A stretch of DNA of 64,000 nt from a virus, in the IMG/VR virus record IMGVR_UViG_3300029860_000005, positions 1,390-65,389 of that record; one strand, written 5' to 3'. Position 1 is the stretch's first letter. Each line of letters begins with the position of its first letter. The notes beneath the pieces were generated by a model. It had not been told where the DNA came from. It saw nothing but the letters and a program-made list of their open reading frames with translations, and did not search any database. Below, in pieces: positions 49,679 through 60,345 of the stretch. The position numbers were made by a program, and so were the translations under genes.

Positions 49679-51148
49679 TTAAGCCTTAGTGATGGGACTG
49701 ACTTCAATTTCAACAGTCTTAGCAGTCTTAGTGATAACATCAGTCTCAGGAGTGATAGCAACGCTAAATGCAGCAGTAGCATCGGCCTTATCATAGCTAA
49801 CGCCAGTAATAAGAGCGTCTTTAACTTCAGTACCAGCAAAGTTAAGAGTAGCAGCAGTACCAGTAAAGGTAGCAGCATCAATTACAGGTTTAACATAAGT
49901 AACATTAGTAACTTTCATATCTTCAACTTCAGTACCGGTAAAGGTGCTATTAATAGCATATTTATTACCAGTAAAGGTAGGTTGAGATACTTCAACACTG
50001 GCGCCAGTCATAAGAGCGTCAGAAGCACCAAAGGTAGGTAAAGCACCAGACAAAACAGGAGCAGTATAACTAACATCACCAGAAGCAGTAACAGCATTAG
50101 AGGTGCCTGCCAGAGTAAAGATTAAGGTCTCAGCATCATCACCAGAGCCAACAGTAGCAACAATACCTTCAGTAGCAAAGGCGCTTTTAACATCAGTAGC
50201 TTTTTTAACAGAGCCTTTAGTAATACTATAAGCAGTACCAGCATTCTTCATTTCTTGAACTGTGGCAGTTGTAGGAGTAACAGTAGCAGTGGGTTTAGAA
50301 ATAGTACCAGCAATAGCAATACCATTATCGGCATCAGCAACAAAACTAGAAGTTACGGAACCTGCGGGTTTATAAGCTTCAGCAGTAATAGAAGCAGCAG
50401 TAGCAGCTTCAGCATCTTTAAGAGTAACGTTAATAGAACCACCAGAAATAGCAGAACCAGTAATCTTACCAGCAGGAGTGTAATTAGCCTTGGTAAGAGT
50501 GGCATCGGCGGCCTTAGAAGTAACAGCAGCATCACCAGCGACAGTGACAGGTTTCATGGTGATGCTATCAACGGTCTCAATTGACCCGGAACCAGAAGCC
50601 TTATCAGCATAGGCCATTGCGCCAAGAGTAAGAGCTTTCTGAAGTTCAGAGACAGAAATATCCTTGTTAAGTCGAATACCAGCAATGGTAATAGTATTAG
50701 AAATATAACCACTAAGGTCAGTCTTGGTGGAACCAATTTTTTCCCAAGCATAGGTATAAGCACCCTCAGCGCCAGAACGAATAGTAATCCACTCAATATA
50801 AGTACCAGCAGAAGCCTGAGCATCAGCAACCATGTAAATCTTATACATAGTGTCTTTAGAAGCTGCTACAGAAGGACCAGTAGCTCCACCATCAGTATCA
50901 ATTACAACATCAAAACTATGAATTTGTCCGACTTGAGAATCAACATAACTCTTAACGACAGAAGCATCAACAAGGCCTTCACCAGAAATTTCAGTGGCAA
51001 CTGCCTTCCAAGCGGCAGCACCAAGAGATTCAAGAGCATGTTTACCAAGAAGAGTAGTTAGATCCGCACGGCCATCCGCATCTTTTACATAAACTGTAGT
51101 GCCATTGGCGAGTTTAATTTTAGAAATATAAGTCTTAGTATCAGGCAT
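49679..51148 (-). CDS. Ala/Thr-rich structural protein (Ig/BIG-like repeats)
   Basis: 489 aa; GC-richer codon usage. Confidence 0.4.
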   Translation of the reverse strand: MPDTKTYISKIKLANGTTVYVKDADGRADLTTLLGKHALESLGAAAWKAVATEISGEGLVDASVVKSYVDSQVGQIHSFDVVIDTDGGATGPSVAASKDTMYKIYMVADAQASAGTYIEWITIRSGAEGAYTYAWEKIGSTKTDLSGYISNTITIAGIRLNKDISVSELQKALTLGAMAYADKASGSGSIETVDSITMKPVTVAGDAAVTSKAADATLTKANYTPAGKITGSAISGGSINVTLKDAEAATAASITAEAYKPAGSVTSSFVADADNGIAIAGTISKPTATVTPTTATVQEMKNAGTAYSITKGSVKKATDVKSAFATEGIVATVGSGDDAETLIFTLAGTSNAVTASGDVSYTAPVLSGALPTFGASDALMTGASVEVSQPTFTGNKYAINSTFTGTEVEDMKVTNVTYVKPVIDAATFTGTAATLNFAGTEVKDALITGVSYDKADATAAFSVAITPETDVITKTAKTVEIEVSPITKA

Positions 51149-51729
51149 AATATATATATCTCCTTTATTTTATTTATTTCTTAATCCCAAGGAAGATCAA
51201 GAGTTAGACATTCTTTATCTTCGTCGTCTAATACGAATTTAATAGAATTTACACCATCTGTAATAGCTTTTTGAGTCATTGTTCCATCTATATTACTTCC
51301 TGAAGTCTCATAAAGTTTCATAATACCAGCAATATTTTCTGTTGCCTCTGGAGTTAAACAATAATAACTATCCCCATCGGAAATATAGACAGAAGATTTC
51401 GCGTTTTTATCAATATAAATGTGTTTTTGACTTTTTTCTAATTCAGTTGTGTAAGTGCTATCGGTATAAAATTTATTATTAAGATAATAACCTGTAAGAA
51501 TTATATTATTGTTATTATCAGAATAAACTAATTGATTATAAGAATTAATTCCATCACCAATCTTAATTCTTAGACCATAATTTATTGTATCAACTAAACA
51601 AACCTCTCCACGAGCGGGAATGAATTTATTTCCAACTTTTTCATAATTATAGTCATTATCGCGACGTAATTTAATAATAGAATTAATCTATTTTATATTA
51701 GGCATTAATTAGCCTCCTTTCTACCTTTT

Positions 51730-52101
51730 TTAGGCAGTAGGAGCACTACCACCATCAATAATTAAACCATCGAGTATATCAGTTAAATCATTTTCATTAG
51801 GAACTTGACTAAATTGGTTGTTATTAATAACATTGTAACTAATCCAGTTGCCATTTTTATCTTTAATTGAAATGGTTTCACCTTCATAATTACCATATTT
51901 AGCAACCCAAAGACGTGCTTCATTTTCATTTTCAAAACGAGTCTTTTTAACAATTTGTTTTAAATTGCCTTTTTCATCATAATAATAAACTTCTCCGCTA
52001 TTTTTCTCGTTATTTGTTACAATAAGAGTTTCATTAGAGATAACCTCTTCAGCGATGCTATTATTAATTTTATCTTTATTCAGATATGCTAATTTAAACA
52101 T
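51730..52101 (-). CDS. hypothetical structural protein
   Basis: 123 aa. Confidence 0.3.
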   Translation of the reverse strand: MFKLAYLNKDKINNSIAEEVISNETLIVTNNEKNSGEVYYYDEKGNLKQIVKKTRFENENEARLWVAKYGNYEGETISIKDKNGNWISYNVINNNQFSQVPNENDLTDILDGLIIDGGSAPTA

Positions 52102-52241
52102 CAGTCAATCCTCCTTCCTTAGATTTTCGTGGTTACTACATAATAGCCATCAATGTAGTCTTGCTCGTAACCATCGGCAATCATTGCTTCTGGAAGTTGA
52201 TGACTGAATCTACCACCAGAAATAATAAATTCAGCATTGCC

Positions 52242-53609
52242 CTAAATTGTAAATAATTCTTTGCCAGTACTTTCAAAAGTACCACCTGTAATTATAGTTT
52301 TACCAATATTAAGAGTATCATTGTTTTTAACACCTTGAACAGTAGCCTTACCATCATTTGTTGAGAAATAACCACCATTAATAGTAACAATTTTACCAAC
52401 ATTATAAATTGGGCCGTAGAATTTACCATCATTAATAGTTAAAACACCATTATCATCATTTTTAATAGTAACATAAGCGTTAATAAAAGTACCACCATTA
52501 ATAGTTAATTCAGGAGACTCAGCATTTTCACCATTAATATGTTCTTTACTATAATCATAATAACCATTATCAACTAAGCTGGATAATCCGCCAGGAGAGG
52601 AGAAGACACCGTCACTAATAGTCATATAACCATGATTTTTTAAAACATATCCTCCATTACCTTTTTCATCAATAGAACGAGAATAGGTTCCATTTTTAAT
52701 TGTAACGTTACCATTGTTTTCAACAACAGCTCTACCATTTTTATTACATTCTACGTTACCATTACCAGTTAAAGTAAGGTCACCAGTATTTTTAATTACA
52801 ACAGGGCAAGTGTCATTATTAACAATAACAGCATTATTCATATCAACAGTAAATCTTTTATTCGTGGAAATTGATTCATCTGCCTCAAGGCCACTATTTA
52901 ATTTAATAGTTCCGCCATCTTCAACAGCATCAATAGCTTCATTTACACCAATAAAAGTTTGTCCATTGACTTCAACTGAAGTGTCATCTACGGTTTCACC
53001 ATATACTTTAATAACATCTAAATCAGTTTTTAAAGCATACTTGTCAAGTTCAACTTTCTCAACATAATTTTTTGCGATTTCTGTCTTAACATCTTCTACT
53101 TTTTGGCCGACTTCAGTAACTTTATTATCTATATCAGAAATTTTTTGATTAATTTCGCTAATAGAAGAATCAATTCCATCAAATTTTTTATTTAAGTCAG
53201 TAGTTAAATCTTTGATACTAACTTTAATAAGATTATCTGTTTCTTCTTTATTATAATAATTGCTAAGATCAACTGCATGAAAAATTTCCCAATTGTCGCC
53301 GTCCCAAATATAGAGACTACGTTCCGCGGTTACTTGATAAATATCACCTGTTTCCGCGGATTCTGGTAAATTACTTTTTTCTGCGACTGTACCAATAAAA
53401 TGAATAGCCCCTTCATTAACACCAACGTATTTGAGTTCGCCCCAAGTAGAAGTGCCATCACCAATTTTTACTTGGCCTTTATTTTTTCCGTCGAGAGTTA
53501 CGCATGGTTCGCCCGCTTTTGGAATATAAGTATTAGCAACTGCATCCCATTGAGCTTGATATCCACGACGGAATTGAATAAGGGTCTGTAAAGTTTTCTT
53601 ATTTGCCAT
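52242..53609 (-). CDS. right-handed beta-helix tailspike/pectate-lyase-like protein
   Basis: repetitive 'NxxIxNxGxxT' coils, e.g. 'VIVNNDTCPVVIKNTGDLTLTGNGNVECNKNG'. Confidence 0.45.
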   Translation of the reverse strand: MANKKTLQTLIQFRRGYQAQWDAVANTYIPKAGEPCVTLDGKNKGQVKIGDGTSTWGELKYVGVNEGAIHFIGTVAEKSNLPESAETGDIYQVTAERSLYIWDGDNWEIFHAVDLSNYYNKEETDNLIKVSIKDLTTDLNKKFDGIDSSISEINQKISDIDNKVTEVGQKVEDVKTEIAKNYVEKVELDKYALKTDLDVIKVYGETVDDTSVEVNGQTFIGVNEAIDAVEDGGTIKLNSGLEADESISTNKRFTVDMNNAVIVNNDTCPVVIKNTGDLTLTGNGNVECNKNGRAVVENNGNVTIKNGTYSRSIDEKGNGGYVLKNHGYMTISDGVFSSPGGLSSLVDNGYYDYSKEHINGENAESPELTINGGTFINAYVTIKNDDNGVLTINDGKFYGPIYNVGKIVTINGGYFSTNDGKATVQGVKNNDTLNIGKTIITGGTFESTGKELFTI

Positions 53610-53632
53610 TTACAAATTTCCTCCTTATTTAT

Positions 53633-53851
53633 TTATACTGGAACTTCTCCGCCATCAATAACCTCATATGTATTATCATCATTAATGTAAGGAAGATCAT
53701 TCCAAGCATGAACACCATCGCCAACTTTTAATTTGCCAGTGTCTAATTCAAAACCCGGTTCTCCCGGACCTAAAAGAATATTTTTTTTAGCCCAAGTTTC
53801 TGCGTTTCCACGTTTAAAGTAAAACTTTGACTTCATATAAACATCAGCCAA
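53633..53851 (-). CDS. small structural protein
   Basis: 72 aa. Confidence 0.3.
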   Translation of the reverse strand: MADVYMKSKFYFKRGNAETWAKKNILLGPGEPGFELDTGKLKVGDGVHAWNDLPYINDDNTYEVIDGGEVPV

Positions 53852-53865
53852 TTAAATACACCTCC

Positions 53866-54138
53866 TTAATCAATACTACCGCCATCCCAAATATATGTAT
53901 TATCAGGATTAGAAGGTTCAGAGCTCCCGCCACTACCACTATTATTACTATTGGATTTTTGTTCAACCCAAGTATTATTATCTTGATAAATATATAATTT
54001 TGATGATTTAGGAATAAAAGCAGTACTGCCAGGGAGCAATGAAATTGTTGGAATTTTTTCAATATCTTCAACAGAATCAACTATGAATTTTTTTAATCCA
54101 TAATTAACTTTACCATTTTGATGTGTTAAAGTATACAT
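53866..54138 (-). CDS. small structural protein
   Basis: 90 aa. Confidence 0.3.
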   Translation of the reverse strand: MYTLTHQNGKVNYGLKKFIVDSVEDIEKIPTISLLPGSTAFIPKSSKLYIYQDNNTWVEQKSNSNNSGSGGSSEPSNPDNTYIWDGGSID

Positions 54139-54239
54139 CTTATTGCCTCCTCTTTTATTACATCATTCTAAATAATATAAAAAAATATTCTTTATGAATA
54201 TAAAAAATTGGCCTACTGAAATTCTCAGTAGGCCAATTA

Positions 54240-56273
54240 ATTTTAATAATTATTATATGCAGTTAATAAAGTATCTAATTGTGCTTTAAAACTCGCATCA
54301 CCTGATGTTACTTTAGTATTATTCCCTAATGCGGTTGCGACTGCGTTAAACCAAATGACCAATCGTAATGGATTTGCATTATTGATAGTAATAATTGAAC
54401 TATTTAAATAAGTATTTATATATTCTGCAAAAGTATTTGCTTCACTTCTGGAATAATTTTTCCAAGTAAATGCAGGCCACCAGACTGCATAATAAGTTAT
54501 ATTAGATGTTTCGGCAACAATTGAAGGCGTTGTTCCCTTTTTATAAGTCGCGGTTTTTGCTGAAGATGATGTAGACCATCCTTTAAAAATATAATTAGAC
54601 TTTGTTGGAAAATTAGATCCATTTATATTAAAAGAAGAATTAGCATTAACGGTCTATGATCCAGGTCCACCAGAACCGCCATTTGCATTATAAGTCACAG
54701 TAATTGTATTTATTTTCCAAATGGCATAAAAAGTTGTTGAACCACTTACTGATACTGCACTTCCTGCATTATATCCAGAAGTTGCTGATGAAGAAGTGCT
54801 CCATCCTTGGAAAGTATAACCAGTACGAGTAGGCGCGGAAGCCATTGTAGCAGTCATAGAATCAGCATAAACATAATTTGTAGACCAAACAGTATTAGTA
54901 CCATCATTTTTATTAAAAGTTATTGTATATTGTCTATAATATTTATACTACCATGGTATAGAATATGTATTGCTAGCGCTCCAAGCAGCATTTACATACC
55001 AATAGTAAGTAGTGTTTGCTGATGCCACTTGTTCAATTTTAGTATCGTATCCAGTTCCTGCTCCATCATCGTCTGTTTTCAATGTTGTTCCACTAACAGC
55101 ACTTCTTCTATCAGTTCCTGAACCTGCTGATAAAAGTGAAGAACTTAAATAACTACAATAATCAGGAGTATTAGAATTACTAGTTGTTTTAAAAACTAAT
55201 TTTCCAGCATAACCTGGTGTTGTTACTGTAATATATCCTGCTTTATAAGCAGGTACAGAAGTAGTACTGCTTATTCCACCAATACCGCTGCCTATAGTGT
55301 ATATATTAATTGGGGCCATCCAAGAGCTTATTGATTCAAAATAAAAATAAAGTTGTCCTGAAAAAGCAGCAGGACTACTCCAAGGAGCCACCGTTATTCT
55401 ATAAGTTGTATTAGCTGTTACAGAAAATTGAGTTATTTTAAAATGATTATTTCCTCCACTCTAATCATCAGAGGTTAAATAATTTGTTATTGCCTAATAT
55501 CCATTAGAAGCGCTTGAATTTAGTCCTATTGAACTAGCATATCCTATAGTTCCATAATCATCAAAACTACTTCCAGAGGCATAAATTGTAAAGAATCCAT
55601 TTGAGCTGGGGGTATAATCAATATATCCAATTCCATAAGAAGATAAATTATAATCTGCATAAGTATTAACAGCTCCACTATAATTACCTAAATTTTGTAA
55701 ATACCATCCGGTTGGAGCTTCTGTATAAAAGAAAACTATATAAGGATATGTTGAACTGTGATCGGTACAAACGGAATCTGTTCCATCATAATTTCCATTT
55801 TCTGCCTACTCTACGCATTTTGACCAAGTGCTATGATAAACATAACCCTAATAAGTATACCCACTAATAGTAGGAGCTGTAATGCTTGAAGAAGAAGTGG
55901 AAGTTTCATAGCCCATATAACCTCCAGCGGTTAAATTATAGCAATCCCAATAATAATCCTCATCAGAGCCACCGCTACCTCCTCCGCCTCCACCAGATTC
56001 TTCATCAGTCCAAGCAACTCCTGTTCCAGATGCTCCATTATACCACTGGCCTGCTGTATAATAATCTACTTCCCAAGCATATTCATACCTTGTGTCAGGG
56101 GTTAATCCTGAAATTAGAACCCAAGGAGCTCCAGTTGTTGAAGGACCAGTATCCGAAGTTCCATCATCTAAGCAGACATATAACCTTCTACTAACCTGAT
56201 CTGAGCTTAATCCACTTGCTTCAAAAATTAATGAAGTAGTAGTACTACTTGTGCAACTTACAGAAACAGCCAT
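54240..56273 (-). other. large TAG-interrupted tail fibre/receptor-binding gene (includes track ORFs 54654..54857, 54948..55391, 55848..56273)
   Basis: Ser/Thr/Gly-rich beta-type composition, frame broken mainly by TAG. Confidence 0.35.
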
Positions 56274-56791
56274 TTAATTTCCTCCTTTTATCTTAAAAAT
56301 TTCTAAAAGCATTTTTAAATCGCGGTTTTCGGTCTTTGCGTTTGATGCCGGTCGGACCACATTAACCGCCCTTATTTAAGCAAACAAAAATGCTCTTAAA
56401 TTTTGTCATCATGTTCTTTTACTCCGCAAGCGCTAACCCGTAGGTTGCCTTACGCTTCCTTCCACTATCAAAGAACAATCAAACTCCATTTAAGAGCATT
56501 TCCTCGGTTTGTTTTCAGTATTCAATTTGGTTAGATTTAAATAGGAAATCTTACTTATTCCGCACCGATCAGCATTAAAATTAACAATAGTGCCAAATCA
56601 CCTTTAATATAAATATTCCTTACCTATTCTTAATCACTCTTTCGTTGTGGTTAACGTCTTTTCTTCAGCCTGTTAGGAAAAGAAACCTATCGTTTTAAAT
56701 AAACAACGCCATCGCCATTTACGACCTTGCCACTTACTCAGGTACGATAAGCAGTTTTTGCGATTACTATAAAGTATACTGCCAAATACTT

Positions 56792-56881
56792 TGGTCGGAG
56801 ATGAGGGAATCGAACCCACTCGAGCGACTAAGCGCACCGGTTTTACAGACCGGGGTGTCTACCTTATCACGTTAATCTCCG
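56792..56881 (-). tRNA. tRNA-Tyr (GUA), class II
   Basis: CGGAGAT acceptor; anticodon arm CCGGT CTGTAAA ACCGG; long variable arm; CCA encoded. Confidence 0.6.
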
Positions 56882-57221
56882 AAATATATTTCCTATAATC
56901 TTTAATAAATCGCCAGTAATCTTCTCGATTATAAGGAATGTTATTATATTTATTAAAATCATGCGCGAAAGCACAATAAATTAGAAAATCTAAATGTTTA
57001 GATTTTAATTGGACATGCCACTCATAAGAACCATCAAGTCTAGCTCCATAAGCACGATGAAATAAAGTATATTCTCCAAACCGCACTTTATCCGCAAGTA
57101 TAATTTTAAAATCATCTCGATTATTATGAATATTTAAAACGTCATAACCAAGACCATTTTTGGTAAACTTATGAGAACCACCAAAAGTTTCTTCACAATA
57201 ATTTAAATAAATATCAAACAT
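56859..57221 (-). CDS. hypothetical protein
   Basis: 120 aa. Confidence 0.3.
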   Translation of the reverse strand: MFDIYLNYCEETFGGSHKFTKNGLGYDVLNIHNNRDDFKIILADKVRFGEYTLFHRAYGARLDGSYEWHVQLKSKHLDFLIYCAFAHDFNKYNNIPYNREDYWRFIKDYRKYISEINVIR

Positions 57222-57456
57222 TTTTTTATTTGAGGGTTTTAATTAGGTTAACCCATAACCTCCGATAGTGTGTCTACTGGACCAAGGAAATACCCGATCG
57301 CCGCATTTCGCTCTTTAAAAGATGGACGCTTCTAATCCTACTTCCTATCGTATAAAAGGACTTATCAATGACTGTTATACATATTGCCTTTATTATCTTT
57401 ATAAACAAATTAGCATTACCCAGTGCTACCGCGAGGAGGTTTTGTTTTTAGCACCG

Positions 57457-57528
57457 CGGAGGGGGTGGGTGTCGATCCCACTTATCTGGTTTTAGAGACC
57501 AGCGCATTTGCCGCTATGCTACCCCTCA
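57457..57528 (-). tRNA. amber suppressor tRNA, anticodon CUA (reads UAG), with tRNA-Gln-like identity elements U1, G10, U35, G73
   Basis: Hand fold: TGAGGGG TA GCAT AGCGGCAA ATGC G CTGGT CTCTAAA ACCAG ATAA GTGGG ATCGACA CCCAC CCCCTCC G. All stems Watson-Crick except 1:72; anticodon 'tag' on plus 57493-57495. Confidence 0.65.
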
Positions 57529-57789
57529 ATAAACTCCTTAATTCAACTTACGGAGTTTTCGCTTCATCTTATTAATGAGACGCTGATTCATAACTTCACC
57601 ATGGGAATACAACTTCGCAATGCGATTTTCATAATGTTCTTTAGTGCGACAAATCACAATTTTTCTCCTTAAATTGAATTTATGGTCCAGAGAGGATTAT
57701 CTGCGTCATCTAGACCCAATTTTTTATTCATTATATATTCTTTCAGAGTAGCAAATTCTTAATTAAATATATAACTTAGCAGAACTCTG

Positions 57790-57835
57790 GTGGCACGGCC
57801 GGCTGGACTCGAACCAGCAGATGCAGGAGTCAGAG
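57790..57835 (-). ncRNA. orphan tRNA-like 3' end (T-arm GCTGGTTCGAGTCCAGC + CGGCCGT G CCA) with no detectable 5' partner
   Basis: sequence read by eye. Confidence 0.25.
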
Positions 57836-58235
57836 CTCAAAAGTTGGACTTGCACCAACATTCTCGGTTTTATAGGACCGGAAGCCTACTAACAGAACTT
57901 ATATAATACTACTTAACCCCGTCATATTATATAACCCATTTAACTGATTTTGAGAAAGTCCTGTGCCTTACCATTTTGGCGACGACCGTATAAAACAAGA
58001 CACCAAAGAATTTCAATCAATTCATTTCATCTATTTGTCGATTAATTCTCTCTTACCCCAAACAGACTACACCTTCGACAGGTAATCAAAAGTTATTGAT
58101 AAAACAATATCTCTGTTATCTTCTAATATAGAAAAGAAAATTCGCAGTTTGTGGTGTCTTTGATATATTTAAAACACGAACGCTGTGCTCAACCATTACA
58201 CTAATTACAGCTGATTATTGGAATCGAACCAATCC

Positions 58236-58320
58236 TGCGTTCGGTGGTACGGGATGAGGGACTCGAACCCACGACCTCCTGAATGTAAGTCAGATGCGCT
58301 ACCAGCTGCGCTAATCCCGT
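58236..58320 (-). tRNA. tRNA-Val (UAC) with a 9-nt tandem duplication in the T-arm (gttcgagtg gttcgagtc); possible pseudogene
   Basis: ACGGGAT acceptor; anticodon arm TCTGA CTTACAT TCAGG; 85 nt instead of 76. Confidence 0.45.
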
Positions 58321-58329
58321 ATAAGCAAC

Positions 58330-58524
58330 TCAATTAATAAAAGTTGCTACAAAATCCTTTTCAGTCATATACATAGGAGCAGAAGCAAAACCACCATCAT
58401 CAATCTTACAATACAGAATAATATCTTCCGCATTAGGATTGGAAGCACGAGTAATTGCCTTTACAAGCTCCTTATTGTCGATGGAATTATAATAGCAACC
58501 AAAATCAACAGAAGTCTTTTTCAT
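58330..58524 (-). CDS. hypothetical protein
   Basis: 64 aa. Confidence 0.3.
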   Translation of the reverse strand: MKKTSVDFGCYYNSIDNKELVKAITRASNPNAEDIILYCKIDDGGFASAPMYMTEKDFVATFIN

Positions 58525-58558
58525 TTTTTATCAATTCCTTTCTTAACTTTCTATATAT

Positions 58559-58587
58559 ATTATATTATATTTTTTATAAAAAATCAA
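58559..58587 (-). promoter_or_regulatory. sigma70-type promoter TTGATT-17-TATAAT
   Basis: by eye. Confidence 0.5.
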
Positions 58588-58612
58588 AAAAGTTATTTCA
58601 AACTAGACACGT

Positions 58613-58727
58613 TAGAAAACATAATTTCAAGTTATGTGCGTTAACCAATTTCGCCAAAACCCCAATTGGAGTTTACAGGATTTGAACCCGTATACCTTTC
58701 TAATGAAAGAATTGCTGTATGTGTCTT
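58613..58727 (-). ncRNA. Y-RNA-like/permuted tRNA-like element. Leader GACACATACAGCAA..., T-arm ACGGGTTCAAATCCTGT, AAACTCC A, then 5' half GGGGTTT TG GCG..CGC A CATAA CTTGAAA TTATG. Trailer GTGTCT pairs with leader AGACAC.
   Basis: acceptor strands complementary (AAACTCC/GGGGTTT with one G.U). Confidence 0.4.
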
Positions 58728-58728
58728 A

Positions 58729-58804
58729 TGGTCCAAGTGGAGCGACTCAAACGCTCGGCCTCTTCATCCCAAATGAAGCGTTCTATCAACTGAACTACAC
58801 CTGG
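58729..58804 (-). tRNA. tRNA-Pro (UGG)
   Basis: CCAGGTG acceptor; D-stem GTTC/GAAC; anticodon arm CTTCA TTTGGGA TGAAG; CCA encoded. Confidence 0.65.
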
Positions 58805-58824
58805 AAATAAACTATATTTTTATT

Positions 58825-59001
58825 TTAAACTAAATCAATTCCATCTAAAATAAAATTTTGTTCCTTTTTACAATGAACGCAATACATTATTTTTCGATGT
58901 TTCTTTCCTTTGTAAGAAAATCTTTTAAAATTCTTAACTTTAGGAGCGGTCATTTGTAAATGACAAACAGGACAATGAAAATACCTTAATTGAAATTTCA
59001 T
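58825..59001 (-). CDS. zinc-ribbon protein (paralog of 27016..27276)
   Basis: hand translation 'MKFQLRYFHCPVCHLQMTAPKVKNFKRFSYKGKKHRKIMYCVHCKKEQNF...'. Confidence 0.3.
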   Translation of the reverse strand: MKFQLRYFHCPVCHLQMTAPKVKNFKRFSYKGKKHRKIMYCVHCKKEQNFILDGIDLV

Positions 59002-59163
59002 TATTTATACCTCTTAATTAAGACGATTTTTTAAATCACAATCAAGTATCCTATTAATTAAATTACATTTAAAAATACAGTTAAGGTCCTGCACCACACA
59101 TCCGATCTTTGTTCCCCACATATAGGAGTAGGTATGGCCTTTAGGCAGAATCGTATTTGTTAT

Positions 59164-59240
59164 TAACTGCCCATGGTAGTCCAGGTGAGACTTGAACTCA
59201 CGACCCTGCGATTATCAGTCGCATACTCTAGCCAGCTGAG
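59164..59240 (-). tRNA. tRNA-Ile (GAU)
   Basis: AGTTCGG acceptor; anticodon arm TGCGA CTGATAA TCGCA; CCA encoded. Confidence 0.65.
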
Positions 59241-59247
59241 CTACCGA

Positions 59248-59376
59248 ACTATAAACAAGACTAAATTATCAATACTATTGCTCTACCAATTGAGCTAACT
59301 CCCGATGGCCGGGAGCAAAGGACTTGAACCTTTAACACATAGTTCCCTTATGATAAAAATTGCTGTTTTAGTCTTT
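59248..59376 (-). ncRNA. Y-RNA-like/permuted tRNA-like element. Leader AAAGACTAAAACAGCAA..., ACTAT GTGTT AAAGGTTCAAGTCCTTT GCTCCCG G CCA, T, then 5' half CGGGAGT TA GCTC AATTGGTA GAGC A ATAGT. Trailer TTTAGTCTT pairs with leader AAGACTAAA.
   Basis: acceptor 7/7 complementary; anticodon stem formed in trans by ATAGT (5' half) and ACTAT (3' half); transcribed from the promoter at 59390..59418. Confidence 0.45.
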
Positions 59377-59389
59377 AATTTATATATTT

Positions 59390-59418
59390 ATTATATAATA
59401 TTTTTTTATAAATGTCAA
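59390..59418 (-). promoter_or_regulatory. sigma70-type promoter TTGACA-17-TATAAT (Y-like element + tRNA-Ile)
   Basis: by eye. Confidence 0.5.
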
Positions 59419-59427
59419 AAAGTTTTA

Positions 59428-60290
59428 TTAAGTAGTTAAAAACGCATTATAACCTTTTGATTTTAAATCGTTAATTACTTTTATAGCATTTGCTTTGACA
59501 GAAAAAGCACCGACTTGAACTTTATAATACTTACCAATCTTACGAATATAAGCATTTTTATAACCTGCTCCAATAGTATCAGGTAATGCTTTAATTTTCA
59601 ATAAGAAAGCGTCAGCATTAGATTTAGATCCAAAAGCACCAAGTTGAACACGATAAATAATTTGCGGTTTAAGGTAAATAGCCATTACATTATCAACTGC
59701 ACGATTGCCCCAATCTTTAGTGATACAAGTTCCATTATGAAGAACTTTTGTGCTACCACCGCCATCAAGGTTAATAGCATAATCAACTTTTAATGCTAAA
59801 AGTAAATTCTACATTTCTGTAAATGCCATACCTGGCTTTTCAATAGCGATTAAATAAATATTAAATTTATTATATGCCAATACTGTTCTACGAGCTTTAT
59901 AATTTAACTCTTTAGCATAAGTAATTTGAGTTTTTTTGCCAGCCTTAATTAATACTGGATAACCGCTAACAAAATCTTCAAACTTTTCTGTTCCAATTAT
60001 ACCGTATTTCAATTCACCATTAATGATACCAAAACCTTCTTTATAAGAAGAAGTGGAATTAATGATTATACCATTGTCCATATAATTAAAACAAGTGCCA
60101 CCATTATCCATACTAAAGAAACCACCATTAGTTAAAATAGTAGGTTTAACCGCACAACTATCATAGTATTGCTTTAAGGTCTAACGCGGTTGAGCACATA
60201 ATGCCATATCCAACTTACTAATTTCTTCTTTTGGAATTTCAATAATTTTTACATATGAATAATTGCTTGGAGAATATATCTTCATCAAAT
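59428..60290 (-). CDS. cell-wall-binding enzyme: NAGPA/phosphodiester-glycosidase-like domain (DGGGST) + C-terminal SPOR repeats, with in-frame TAGs
   Basis: track ORFs 59428..59685 (SPOR 'YRVQLGAF...') and 59809..60111 joined by TAG read-through; upstream 'NLDGGGSTKV'. Confidence 0.4.
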
Positions 60291-60345
60291 CACCTTCCTT
60301 AATATTTTTAAGATTTCAATGATTCTTATTAATGAAATATACCCT

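Noticed and set aside
44100-59376. Circularly permuted or trans-split decoding tRNAs (as in Cyanidioschyzon or Nanoarchaeum)
   Set aside because: Not fully excluded. I prefer the Y-RNA-like mimic interpretation because the acceptor stem is closed by only 1-6 nt, two inferred anticodons (UGA in class I bodies) make no decoding sense, and a Ro60/vWA-like protein is adjacent.
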